Notes under the pieces: generated by a model
What the model was told of the DNA's origin: nothing
Databases searched by the model: none
The model's input: only the letters and a program-made list of their open reading frames with translations
Program-made: the position numbers and the translations under genes
Assembly (NCBI GenBank): GCA_035503075.1
Contig: DATJTT010000019.1
Coordinates: 11,929 to 75,928 of the forward strand
DNA from: Solirubrobacteraceae bacterium
GTDB taxonomy: Bacteria > Actinomycetota > Thermoleophilia > Solirubrobacterales > Solirubrobacteraceae
Length of the DNA: 64,000 bases
Reading direction: 5' to 3'
In this document: piece by piece, positions 37,863-47,343 of the stretch
Layout: each line of letters begins with the position of its first letter
How positions within the stretch are numbered: position 1 is the stretch's first letter

Positions 37863-39119
37863 ATGCGCGTGCTGAGCCGAGGCGACGGTCGGGAGCGGGT
37901 TCTGTGGCTCGCGCTCGCGATTGCGCTGTTGAGCTGCCTCTCGGCGCCGGCGGCCGCGCGGGCCGACCTGGCGATCTCCGCTACACCGTCCACGACCATG
38001 CCCTATTACGCGTGCCCGCACGGCGGCTGCGAGACGATCGTCGACCCCCCCGCCGTGCGAACGGCGGCCGGGTTTGCACTGCCGGACGGCGGACCGCTGT
38101 TGGAAGGCAGCGGGGAAATGGGTGGCTACTCGCCGGAAGACCTTCGCTCCGCGTACAAGATCCCGGCGAGCGGCGGGGCGGGTGTGACCGTCGCGATCGT
38201 TGACGCGTTCGGCTTCAGTCAGATCGAAACGGACCTCGCGACCTACCGTGAACGGTATGACCTCGGATCCTGCACGAAAGAAGACGGATGTCTGAAGGTG
38301 GTGAACCAGGAAGGCAATGAAGCACCGCTGCCGAGCGACTTCCCGCTCGGCTGGACGCCCGAGCAGGCGCTCGACGTGGACATGGTCTCCGCGCTGTGCC
38401 CGGAATGTCACATCCTGCTGGTGGAGGCGAGCGACGGAACGCTCGCAGACCTCGCTGCGGCGACCAACGAGGCAGCCCAGCTCGGCGCGAGCGTGATCAG
38501 CAACAGCTACGGCTTCACCGGAGAGTCCGAATGCGGCGAAGGTGGATGCGAACAGTACCTGGCCGACTACGACCAGCCCGGCATCGACGTGGTCGCGGGC
38601 GCGGGCGACGACGGCTACAAAGCGGGAGTCGCGTTTCCGGCGGAGTCGCCCAACGTGATCGCGGTGGGTGGCACGAACCTGCACAGAGCCCACAACTCCC
38701 GCAAATGGCGCGAGACGGCGTGGGATGACACCGGCAGCGGCTGCAGCACCGAGGCCAAGCCTCCGTGGCAGAAGGACAAGGGCTGCGCCGGGCGAACCGA
38801 CAACGACGTGGCGGCCGTGGCCTCGCCGGAAACGCCTGTGTCCTCCTATCAGCCGTATGGCGGGTGGCGCAACGAGAGCGGCACGAGCGCCGCGACGGCG
38901 ATTCTCGCGGGGATCATGGCGCACTCCGGGAGCTTCACGCGATCGCTCGGCGCGCAGGTCTTCTACGAGTATCCCGACATGCTCTTCGACGTGACCAAAG
39001 GGAAAAACGGAGAATGCGGGGGCAAGAAGACTCGCTATCTGTGCACGGCCAAACGGGGCTATGACGGCCCGACGGGCTGGGGCACACCGGACGGAGTGAT
39101 CGAAGCGCCCGAACCGTGA
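37863..39119 (+). CDS. secreted S53 (sedolisin-like) serine peptidase
   Basis: Signal peptide; EQALDVD (Glu/Asp), AGAGDDG oxyanion Asp, GTSAA catalytic Ser, LFDVTKG Ca-site region. Confidence 0.85.
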   Translation: MRVLSRGDGRERVLWLALAIALLSCLSAPAAARADLAISATPSTTMPYYACPHGGCETIVDPPAVRTAAGFALPDGGPLLEGSGEMGGYSPEDLRSAYKIPASGGAGVTVAIVDAFGFSQIETDLATYRERYDLGSCTKEDGCLKVVNQEGNEAPLPSDFPLGWTPEQALDVDMVSALCPECHILLVEASDGTLADLAAATNEAAQLGASVISNSYGFTGESECGEGGCEQYLADYDQPGIDVVAGAGDDGYKAGVAFPAESPNVIAVGGTNLHRAHNSRKWRETAWDDTGSGCSTEAKPPWQKDKGCAGRTDNDVAAVASPETPVSSYQPYGGWRNESGTSAATAILAGIMAHSGSFTRSLGAQVFYEYPDMLFDVTKGKNGECGGKKTRYLCTAKRGYDGPTGWGTPDGVIEAPEP

Positions 39120-39267
39120 GCGGACGACGCTCCGCTCGAAGTCCGCGCGGTTGACGGCGAGGATGTACATGGGCGACTCCGAGCCCGCTTTCTCGGATGC
39201 CCCCGGCCGACCGTCCAGAAGTGGGCTGGTCGTTCAGAAATGATTGGCTCGCCACGTCGAAGCGGAC

Positions 39268-39681
39268 TCAGTGCTGCTCCCGCTCGGAACGGTAGATCTC
39301 GATCAGCGACTGCATCAGCTTCCAGCCGATCGCGCCGTTCTCCTCGACGATCGGGCGGAAGTCCCAGAAGGTGACGCCGGAGAGCAGCAGGTCCGTGGCA
39401 GCCTTGACGGTCGCCGTGCGCACACCCGCGTCGATCAGGGCCATCTCGCCGAAGTATTCGCCGGCGTGCATCGTGCGGTGCTCGACTCCGTCGATCAGCA
39501 CGGTCGCCTCGCCCGAGACGATGACAAAGAAAGCGGCGGCGCCCGAGCCCTGCTGGATCACCGTCTCGCCGGCAGAGAAGCGCCGCTCCTTGAAGACGCT
39601 CGCGATGCGAGCAAGCTCGGCCGCGTCCAGCTCGCCGAACAGGGGGACCTGTCCGAGGACGTCGATCGGCGCTCCGTTCAT
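39268..39681 (-). CDS. stand-alone cyclic-nucleotide-binding domain protein
   Basis: VPLFGEL, GETVIQQG, phosphate-binding cassette GEYFGEMALIDAGVRTATV; no HTH. Confidence 0.9.
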   Translation of the reverse strand: MNGAPIDVLGQVPLFGELDAAELARIASVFKERRFSAGETVIQQGSGAAAFFVIVSGEATVLIDGVEHRTMHAGEYFGEMALIDAGVRTATVKAATDLLLSGVTFWDFRPIVEENGAIGWKLMQSLIEIYRSEREQH

Positions 39682-39727
39682 TGCCCTCGGGAGCCGACCC
39701 GGAAGGACGTCCGGGGTGGGGGGGCGA

Positions 39728-40546
39728 TCACGTGCCCGCCCTCGTCACGGCCCGGCACTGAAGCAGATAGAGGGTGCCACCGGCGATCGCCCACTCGATG
39801 TCGCGGGCCGGTCCATAGACCTCCTCACAGCGTCCCGCCAGCGCGTTGAGCGCAGCGAGCTGCTGATCTTCCAGGCACGGGCGTTCGACCAGCTCGGCGG
39901 CGAGCTCTTCCGCGAAGGTGCCTCCATCGGGGAGCGAGCGGATCGCGACCGACTTGCGGCCTGGCCGGCGCTCGAGGACCTCGCCGCTGCGAGCCACGCG
40001 GAAGCTGTCCGGGATCACCAGGCCGGCGACCACCGCCTCGCCCAGGCCGAGGGTGGCCTCGATGACCCGCTCGTCCTCACCGGACACCGGGTTCTGCGTG
40101 AACATCACACCCGCCGTTTCGGGATCGAGGAGCACCTGCACGACGACTCCGACGCTCGGGCGGACGAACAGGCCCACGCGCTGGCGGTACGTGATGGCCG
40201 AGTCGGAGTTGGCGGACCACCAGACCTCGCTCAGCGCCGAGATCAGCTCCTCGGAGCCGCGGACGTTCAGGAGCGTCATGTGCTGTCCGGCGAAGCTGGC
40301 GTCGGCGCCGTCCTCGTCGACGGCCGAGGAGCGGACCGCCAGCGGGCCCCGCAGCGAGGCGACGGCTTGCGCTACCTCCCGAATGGCCGCCTCGTCGCGG
40401 CCCGCCACCGCGTCGACCACGTCACCGGCGAGCGCCACCCCGGGGGGCACCGGAAGCCCATCGCGAAGCGCCTGCCCCAGGTCGACGGCCTTCGAGCCGA
40501 ACAAGGCCGTCTCATGGGCGTCGATCAGGGGAACGACCTGGCTCAC
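39728..40546 (-). CDS. PEP-synthase/PPDK-type ATP-grasp (nucleotide-binding) domain protein
   Basis: GSKA..L....GLPVPPG, AVRSSAVDED...SFAGQ, GLGEAVVAG, DIEWAI...LYLLQCRAVT. Confidence 0.88.
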   Translation of the reverse strand: MSQVVPLIDAHETALFGSKAVDLGQALRDGLPVPPGVALAGDVVDAVAGRDEAAIREVAQAVASLRGPLAVRSSAVDEDGADASFAGQHMTLLNVRGSEELISALSEVWWSANSDSAITYRQRVGLFVRPSVGVVVQVLLDPETAGVMFTQNPVSGEDERVIEATLGLGEAVVAGLVIPDSFRVARSGEVLERRPGRKSVAIRSLPDGGTFAEELAAELVERPCLEDQQLAALNALAGRCEEVYGPARDIEWAIAGGTLYLLQCRAVTRAGT

Positions 40547-42183
40547 ACGAACACCGTCACCTCTCCGGACTCCCCATCGACGCGGACGCGCATCCCGTCC
40601 GCGATCCGGTCCGTCGCCTCGCGCGTGCCGACCACCCCGGGAATGCCGTACTCCCGCGCCACGATCGCCGAATGCGAGAGCAGCCCGCCGCTGTCGGTGA
40701 CGATCGCCCCGAGCAGTGGCAGAAGGATGTTGAAGGCCTCGCTCGTGGACTCGGTCACGAGCACGTCGCCCTTCATGATCCGGTCGAATTCGGCGGGTCC
40801 GGCGATCAGCCGGGCCGGCCCCTCGTACACGCCGCGGCTCGCAGCGAGGCCGCGCAGCAGATGCTCTTCGTGCTGCTCCTCGGAGCCACCGAGCATTTCG
40901 CCCATCACGATCCCCATCGCCTGCATCACGCGCGCGGCGGCGGGAGGGAGCCCGGAGGAGTCCGGCGGGGGACTCGGCTCGGCTCCGATAAAAGCAGGCG
41001 CCTCCTTGGCCGTGTGGGTCGCGCGGTACTCGGCGTGGGCCGCAAGCTCCCCGGCCGTCGGCTCCCGGGCCCCCGAGAGCAGCGCGCACATCTCATCGAC
41101 CGTCGCATCGACCAGGTGCTCGGGCGTCCCAATGCGGCCTCGCGCGGCCAACCGCCTGCCGGCGGCCAGCACGGCGCGGCGCATCAGGCCGGATGCCCAG
41201 ATGTCGCTGAACACACCGCGTTCGTCGCGCAGCCGATACATCAGCCGCGCCTCTCCGAGAAGCTCATCGAACTCGCCGCGGTGCTCCTCGGGAACCTTGG
41301 CGCGCACGCCGGCGGTCAACTCCCGGACGTCCCCGTCCTCCGCGTCGCGGCCGACCGCGGCGATCCGGATCGCCCTGAGCAGCACGTCGGGAAGCTCGAG
41401 CGCGCAAGGACCCGAGATGTCAAAGCCGTCAAGCAGGCGCCAGCCCACGAGGTCCAAGTAGGCGCTCACGGCCGCGCCGGTCTCGCCGTCCAGGCCGCGC
41501 AGCTCCTCCAGCACCTTCGCGGGCTCGCCCTCGGACGCCAGCAGCTCGCGGGCGCGGGGGTCGTTGGCCGTGGCCGCGACGAGCTGCTCGAGCTCGGCGG
41601 ATGCGCCCGCGGAGACCGGGGCCGCGCCGCGCAGCAGACCGAGCAGCTGGGAAGAGGGAAGCCCCGTCCAGGCACCGGCGTGCGCCAGGAAATCCCCAGT
41701 GGGGACCATCGCGGCGGCCGTGAAGCGCATGTGCTGGGTGATCATCGCGGCGTGGTGCTCGTGGCAGCGCTTCAGGTAACCGGCAAGCTCGACATCGCTC
41801 AGCTCCTCCGGGTCGATCGCCTGGATGGCGCGGTGTGCGGCGATCGACGCGGGCTTGGCCTCCTCATCCCACTCGCGCAGCTGCTCACGCCAGAGCTTGG
41901 CGCCGAAGACCTCTCCGGCGCGCCGGATTCGCGCCGGGACGTCCTCCGCGGCGGCGGGCCTCATCATCGTGTAAGAGAAACCGCCCGGATAGGCGGTGTC
42001 CAACGTATCGATCAGGATTCCGTAGAACTGCGTGAACTCGCCGAAGCCCAGTCTGAAGGGCTCAGAGTGCGTTTCCGCCCAGTAGCGCGTGACCGGCCGC
42101 GGGAAGTGCACTGCGTCGAGTTTCCAGGACCCCGGACCGGGTGGGTCAAAATGAAGATCCGATGCCGTCTGCGCCTGGCTCAT
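40543..42183 (-). CDS. PEP-utilizing enzyme: substrate-binding domain plus phospho-His swivel (RPH/PigC-like C-terminal half)
   Basis: W.LD..HFPRP; GLAASRGVYEGPAR; TDSGGLLSHSAIVAREYGIPGVVG catalytic His. Confidence 0.85.
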   Translation of the reverse strand: MSQAQTASDLHFDPPGPGSWKLDAVHFPRPVTRYWAETHSEPFRLGFGEFTQFYGILIDTLDTAYPGGFSYTMMRPAAAEDVPARIRRAGEVFGAKLWREQLREWDEEAKPASIAAHRAIQAIDPEELSDVELAGYLKRCHEHHAAMITQHMRFTAAAMVPTGDFLAHAGAWTGLPSSQLLGLLRGAAPVSAGASAELEQLVAATANDPRARELLASEGEPAKVLEELRGLDGETGAAVSAYLDLVGWRLLDGFDISGPCALELPDVLLRAIRIAAVGRDAEDGDVRELTAGVRAKVPEEHRGEFDELLGEARLMYRLRDERGVFSDIWASGLMRRAVLAAGRRLAARGRIGTPEHLVDATVDEMCALLSGAREPTAGELAAHAEYRATHTAKEAPAFIGAEPSPPPDSSGLPPAAARVMQAMGIVMGEMLGGSEEQHEEHLLRGLAASRGVYEGPARLIAGPAEFDRIMKGDVLVTESTSEAFNILLPLLGAIVTDSGGLLSHSAIVAREYGIPGVVGTREATDRIADGMRVRVDGESGEVTVFV

Positions 42184-42366
42184 TGATTCCCCCTGTGCTC
42201 GTCGTGGCCGGCGCGGAAGCCCGCGCGCGTTGAACCCATTCCTACAGCATCGCAGCCGGCGGCGCGCGCCCGCCGCGGGCGCAATCGGCCGGTCCTTGGG
42301 CGAGCTCTCGATCAGCGCAAGGCATCGCGCCGTTCACGACGCGCCTACGGCTCGGCCGGCGTTTGA

Positions 42367-42825
42367 CTAACTGCCCTCGAGCGAGGCTTCCACCGTGACA
42401 CCGATGCCCTCGGTGCGCATGCCCAGCCTCTCCATGCACCGGCTCATCGCCGCTTGCGCCACCACCTCGAGATGTGTCTCCTCGACGCCCGCTACGCGTC
42501 CCGAGATGCGGCAGGTGATTTCGCGCAGTGCCGCGCCTGTGGCGTCCGCTCCCTCACCTGAGAGCGTCAGCGTCAGGTAGCTGACGAGCTCGCGAGCCTG
42601 GGTTCCTTCCGTGACGAGCTGCACCGCGACGAACCAAGTGAAGACGCTGCCGATCGCTCCGGCGAGCAGCTCGCCGGGCAACGTCGCCAGCGGATCCGTC
42701 GCCTCGGGATCCACGTTGAGCGACAACAACGGCGCTATCGAATGGCTGCCCACGCTCAATCGCGGCGCGCCATCGGGCGGATGGCCAAGCCATCTGATCG
42801 TGGCCTCTCGCTTGAGGGTGGTCAT
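42367..42825 (-). CDS. OsmC/Ohr-like fold protein, divergent
   Basis: A.IRW.G....G..RL, P.ELLAGA.GS.F helix; first catalytic Cys position not Cys. Confidence 0.55.
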   Translation of the reverse strand: MTTLKREATIRWLGHPPDGAPRLSVGSHSIAPLLSLNVDPEATDPLATLPGELLAGAIGSVFTWFVAVQLVTEGTQARELVSYLTLTLSGEGADATGAALREITCRISGRVAGVEETHLEVVAQAAMSRCMERLGMRTEGIGVTVEASLEGS

Positions 42826-42834
42826 GGACCCTGC

Positions 42835-43290
42835 TCAGCGCTCCGGCGCGATCAGCACAGGGCGACCGGCGTGGGCGAGCACGACGTGCGAGACGCTGCC
42901 GAGCAGCGCCGAGGCGACCGCGCCGAGTCCGCGCCGACCACAGACGATCAGGCGCGCGTCGAGCTCGTCGGCGATCTCGACGATCCTGCGACCCGCGCCC
43001 TCCCTGGCCTGCTCCACGCGAGAGCTGGCCTCAAAGCCGTGGTCACGGGCGCGCTCCACCCCCTCCTCGGCAGCGTCCGCGGCCAACTGCGCCTGCTCCT
43101 GGTCGACCGCGGCCTCATCGCCGAGGTAGCTGCCGCCAAAGCCTCCAGCCCGCGCCAGCAGCACCGACGCGGGCTGCCAGATCGTCAGCACGACCGCCGG
43201 CGCCGGATGGGCAACGAGCTCCCCCGCCGCGGCCATCGCCGCCCGCGAACCCTCCGACCCGTCGTAGCAGAACAGCACCGGTCCAGCCAT
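42835..43290 (-). CDS. universal stress protein (UspA)
   Basis: LFCYDGS, LIVCGRRGLG...LLGSVS..V. Confidence 0.88.
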   Translation of the reverse strand: MAGPVLFCYDGSEGSRAAMAAAGELVAHPAPAVVLTIWQPASVLLARAGGFGGSYLGDEAAVDQEQAQLAADAAEEGVERARDHGFEASSRVEQAREGAGRRIVEIADELDARLIVCGRRGLGAVASALLGSVSHVVLAHAGRPVLIAPER

Positions 43291-43554
43291 GAGTCTCCTC
43301 ACAACAGTCGTCTTACCCGAGCATGGACTCGGCATCCTACGCGCTGCCGGACGGGCGGACGTCTAGGTATGTCTCGACGACGTTTGACGGCGCTCACAGG
43401 AGCAAATGGCCGGTGAGGATCAGAACGGGGCTCTCGCCGGAGGTGGCCATGGGTCGCAACGCTATCGGCCCACTCGCGCTGTCAGTCGATCGCAGGCGTG
43501 GCGGGGCGACGCACGAACCTCCGGGTCAGCTACGCTCGGCGCGATCGCCAAGCC

Positions 43555-43908
43555 ATGGGCAAAACCCGGCACTACAGCGAGCAGGATTTCGAGGCGCTCG
43601 TTCGCTCGGCGCTCGACGAACTCCCGACCGAGTTCCAGCGAGCGCTGGAGCACGTAGCGGTCGTCGTCTCCGACCGCGGCAGCCAGAACCACGCATACGG
43701 CATGTACGTCGGCTCCAAGCGTGGCGGTAGCCCCTTCTTCGGGGGCGGCGGAACGCCCGACGAGATCCTGATCTTTCGCGACACGCTCGTGCGCGACTTC
43801 GGCGAGGATCCCAGTCTCCTGCGGGCCCACATCGTCAAAACCGTGCGCCACGAGGTTGGTCATTACCTCGGCTTCGACGAGTCGGGCGTTCGCAAACTCG
43901 GGCTCTGA
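43555..43908 (+). CDS. minimal zincin-like metallopeptidase family protein
   Basis: FE.LV..ALDELP.EF, YGMYVG, PDEILIFR, HEVGHYLG. Confidence 0.85.
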   Translation: MGKTRHYSEQDFEALVRSALDELPTEFQRALEHVAVVVSDRGSQNHAYGMYVGSKRGGSPFFGGGGTPDEILIFRDTLVRDFGEDPSLLRAHIVKTVRHEVGHYLGFDESGVRKLGL

Positions 43909-44022
43909 TGCCGGGCGACAGGGCGAAGGACGGTTGGTTCGCCGACACAACACGGGCGAAACCTAGGCGCCAGCTAGAGTCAGGTCGAACCGTGGCCGTT
44001 GCCTCGTCAAGCTCCCAGGCGA

Positions 44023-44144
44023 GACGAGCTGCGGCGTTCCTGCGCTCGCGGCGAGCGCGGCTGTCGCCGACGGACGCCGGCCTTCCGGATGACGCCGGGC
44101 GCCGCCGGAAGCCCGGGCTGCGGCGTGAGGAGCTCGCTACGCTG
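44023..44144 (+). pseudogene. MmyB-like XRE regulator N-terminal remnant
   Basis: DE(L)AAFLRSRRARLSPTDAGLP..GRRRKPGLRREELATL with a 1-nt deletion near 44030; rest of the HTH and the PAS-like domain absent. Confidence 0.75.
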
Positions 44145-44216
44145 CTCGAGCGCGCGGCGGACGACGTCGGCGCCGGCCTCGCCGATGCCGCTCGCGTTTC
44201 GTGAGCATGCCGTCGG

Positions 44217-44681
44217 CTACTCGGTCGTGGGCTGCTCGGCGAACATGCCGTCGACGAGCTGTTTGATCGAGTGGGCCGCGTCCTCTCCAAGCAGCGTTTG
44301 TGCCCGCCTCTGCGCGCTTCTCCACGCGGGGCGCAGCTCGGAGAGCTTCCCGGCGCCTGCGTCGGTGAGCGTAAAGATACGCCCGTTGCCGTGCTCCGCG
44401 CGTTCGATCCGGATTAGCCCATCCTCGTGCAGCAGCCGCGCGTTTCGCGACAGCGTGGAGATCTCCATCGAAAGAAGCCGCGCCACCTCTCCGGCGGGGG
44501 CTGGCTGCCGAGCAGCGATCGAGGTGAGCAGGTTCAGTTGTGCGATCGTCAGCCCGTGCGGTCGCAGGGCGGCGTCGTAGATACGGGTGACGGCTCGGTT
44601 GAGCAGCCGCACACGGACCGCCAGGCAGTCTCGTCCGATCTCACCGGCGACCCGCGCGCCGCGCAGCTGTGCCGTGTCCAT
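44217..44681 (-). CDS. MarR family transcriptional regulator
   Basis: CLAVRVRLLNRAVTRIYD, LTIAQLNLL, MEISTLSRN..LL..DGLI, LTDAG. Confidence 0.88.
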   Translation of the reverse strand: MDTAQLRGARVAGEIGRDCLAVRVRLLNRAVTRIYDAALRPHGLTIAQLNLLTSIAARQPAPAGEVARLLSMEISTLSRNARLLHEDGLIRIERAEHGNGRIFTLTDAGAGKLSELRPAWRSAQRRAQTLLGEDAAHSIKQLVDGMFAEQPTTE

Positions 44682-44683
44682 CC

Positions 44684-45856
44684 TCAGATCCGCTGGATGA
44701 GCGTTGCCGGGCCGGTTCCGCCGGCGGTGCACATCGTGACCAGGCCGAGATCCTTCTCCGAGCGCTCTAGCTCGTGCAGCAGCGTGGTGATCAGCCGCGC
44801 GCCCGATGAGCCGAGAGGATGCCCGAGCGCGAGTGCTCCGCCGTTGACATTGACCCTGTCCATGTCGGGCTGGAGCTCGCGCTTCCAAGCGAGCACCACC
44901 GACGCGAACGCCTCGTTGATCTCGATCAGGTCTATATCCCCGATGGCCAGTTGGTTGCGCTCGAGGATCATACGTGTCGCGGGGATCGGGCCGGTGAGCA
45001 TGATCACCGGGTCCACGCCCGCGGTCACCTGGTCGACGATCCGTGCGCGCGGTTTGAGGCCGAGGTCCTCCGCCTTCGCGCGCGACATCAAGAGCAGCGC
45101 GGCGGCTCCGTCTGAGATTTGCGAGGAGGTCGCCGCGGTGATGCGCCCGTCGGGCTTGAATGCAGGCCTCAGCGTCGCGAGCGTCTCGAGGTTGGTCTCA
45201 GGCCGGATGCCCTGGTCGCTCACATACGTAGCGCCGTTCACGCGCATGGGCACAATCTCGCGCTCGAAGCGGCCCTCGTCGGTCGCCCTCGCCGCGAGCT
45301 GCTGTGAGCGCACGCCGAACTCGTCGAGCTCCGAGCGCGGGATCTCCCAACGCTCCGCGATCAGCTCCGCGCTCAACCCCTGGGCGATCAGCTCGTAGCG
45401 ATCCATCAACTCCGGCGGGAATGGCACGCCCGTCTCCTGCGGATGCGACGCGTTGGCGCCCATCGGCACGTGTCCCATGTGCTCGACGCCCGCGCCTATC
45501 ACGACCTCGTGCACGCCCGCGGCGATCTGCGCCGCAGCGAAGTTCACCGCCTGCTGAGCCGAGCCGCACTGGCGGTCCACCGTCGTCGCGGGTGTCGTCA
45601 CTGGCAGACCCGCCTGCAGCCACGCGTTGCGCGCGATGTTCTGCGACTGCTCGCCCGCTTGCGTGACGCACCCGGCGACCACGTCCTCGACGAGCTCCGG
45701 CGCGATGCCCGCGCGCTCGATCACGGCGCTGTAGCACGCGCCCAGCAGCTCGTTCGCATGAACGTCGGTGTAGTAGCCCGTCTCCCGCCTGCCGCGACCG
45801 ATCGGCGTACGCGCCGCCTCCACAATCACGACCTCTCTGCCAATTTGCTCACGCAT
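44684..45856 (-). CDS. thiolase (acetyl-CoA C-acyltransferase)
   Basis: VDRQCGSAQQA, NEAFA, GGALALGHPLG, C-terminal CTAGG. Confidence 0.92.
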   Translation of the reverse strand: MREQIGREVVIVEAARTPIGRGRRETGYYTDVHANELLGACYSAVIERAGIAPELVEDVVAGCVTQAGEQSQNIARNAWLQAGLPVTTPATTVDRQCGSAQQAVNFAAAQIAAGVHEVVIGAGVEHMGHVPMGANASHPQETGVPFPPELMDRYELIAQGLSAELIAERWEIPRSELDEFGVRSQQLAARATDEGRFEREIVPMRVNGATYVSDQGIRPETNLETLATLRPAFKPDGRITAATSSQISDGAAALLLMSRAKAEDLGLKPRARIVDQVTAGVDPVIMLTGPIPATRMILERNQLAIGDIDLIEINEAFASVVLAWKRELQPDMDRVNVNGGALALGHPLGSSGARLITTLLHELERSEKDLGLVTMCTAGGTGPATLIQRI

Positions 45857-45919
45857 TTCCTGCTCCTCGTCATCGGAACCCTCGCGCGGGCCGCGCTGCC
45901 GCGACAAGCGCCGCAAACA

Positions 45920-45939
45920 TATCTTGTAGATACAAGATA
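45920..45939. promoter_or_regulatory. perfect inverted repeat, probable MarR operator
   Basis: TATCTTGTA-GA-TACAAGATA, 64 bp upstream of the thiolase-MarR operon. Confidence 0.7.
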
Positions 45940-46133
45940 GCATGGTCCTGCTCGCCGTCGCCGACGTGCTCGGGCGGACCGCTGTGCAGCTCGTCCGTCG
46001 CCGCAACGCACAGCTGTCGGTGTCGCTCGAGGCGGCCTGGCGCGCAGGCGTCGGCCCGGGCCTGCCGCCGTGGTCGGTGACCTCGTCCCGGGCACGGGCC
46101 GTCGAGCCTCAAAACTAAGGTCTAATTTCGCGC

Positions 46134-47282
46134 GTGCGCAGGGTGCTCTTGATGGTCGCTGCCGTCGTTTTGGTGGACACGATGTTCTACGCGGCGATCT
46201 CGCCGCTGCTCCCCTACTACGTCCATCACTTCCACCTTGCCAAGTCGCAGGCGGGCGTGCTGGCCGCCTCCTACGCTGCCGGCACGCTCGTCGGCTCAAT
46301 CCCAGCCGGCTGGCTTGCCGCCCGCATCGGGGTGCGATCGACGATCGTCTGTGGGCTCGGCCTGATGATCCTCGCCAGCCTCGCGTTCGCGTTCGCGCCG
46401 AGCACCGGGCCGCTCGACATCGCGCGGTTCGTCCAGGGGCTTGGCGGCGCGGCCTCGTGGGCGGCGGGGCTGGCGTGGCTGATCGAGCGCGCACCCGAGG
46501 ACCGGCGCGCCGAGATGATCGGCGCGAGCCTGGCCGCCGCGATCGTAGGCGCCGTGCTCGGCCCAGTGCTGGGCACCGTGGCCGCCGAGACGACGCCCGG
46601 GATCGCCTTCTCGGCGGTGGCCGGGCTCGGACTCGGCCTGCTGCTGTGGACATTGACCGAGCCCGCGCCCGCGCCCGGCGGGATCACCAACCTGCGCGGC
46701 CTCGCGCCCGCCCTGCACGACCCCGGTGTGCTGACCGGAATGTGGCTGACCACGCTGGCCGCGATGCTGTACAGCACGCTGGCGGTGCTCGCCCCGCTCC
46801 GGCTCAGCCGTCTGGGCGCGAGCACCGCGACGGTCGGGCTGGCCTTCGTCGCGGGCGCCGCGCTGGCGGCGGCGAGCACCCCGCTCGTCGGACGGCTGTC
46901 CGACCGCCGCGGCTGGCGGCGCCCAATCCTCACCGGGCTCTGCCTGTCAGCCGGGTGGGCGCTGCTGCTCACGCTCCCGCGCACGATCCTCCTCCTGTTC
47001 GGCCTCGTCGTGGTCGCCGACAGCCTGTTCGGCGTGCCGTACTCGCCGGCCGGCGCAATGATCTCCGAGCGGGCCGAGCGGGTCGGGCTCGGGCAGGCCT
47101 ACGGGTTCGGACTCTTCAACCTCGCGTGGGCCGGCGGGCAGGTAATCGGCGGCGCCGGCAGCGCCGCGCTCGCGCAAGCGACGGCCGATGCCGTCCCATA
47201 CTCGCTTCTCGCCGGGGTATGCCTGCTCACGGTCGCGGCGATCGCCCGCCGGCCGCGAGGCCGCGTCACAGTCGCCGGCTAG
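46134..47282 (+). CDS. MFS transporter (DHA1-like)
   Basis: 12-TM pattern; GWLAARIG and GRLSDRRG motif-A copies. Confidence 0.85.
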   Translation: MRRVLLMVAAVVLVDTMFYAAISPLLPYYVHHFHLAKSQAGVLAASYAAGTLVGSIPAGWLAARIGVRSTIVCGLGLMILASLAFAFAPSTGPLDIARFVQGLGGAASWAAGLAWLIERAPEDRRAEMIGASLAAAIVGAVLGPVLGTVAAETTPGIAFSAVAGLGLGLLLWTLTEPAPAPGGITNLRGLAPALHDPGVLTGMWLTTLAAMLYSTLAVLAPLRLSRLGASTATVGLAFVAGAALAAASTPLVGRLSDRRGWRRPILTGLCLSAGWALLLTLPRTILLLFGLVVVADSLFGVPYSPAGAMISERAERVGLGQAYGFGLFNLAWAGGQVIGGAGSAALAQATADAVPYSLLAGVCLLTVAAIARRPRGRVTVAG

Positions 47283-47343
47283 GCGCGCCGGCTGATCATG
47301 CAGCCCAGGTGTCGATCGACGAGGCACCGCGGTGGAATGGAGA

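Noticed and set aside
39728-42183. Calling the dikinase pair rifampicin phosphotransferase (rph) or PEP synthase (ppsA)
   Set aside because: Split and permuted architecture, no PEP-binding TIM barrel, and substrate residues cannot be verified by eye.
45942-46118. 58-aa ORF starting just after the MarR palindrome
   Set aside because: No SD, no recognisable motif, weak codon bias.
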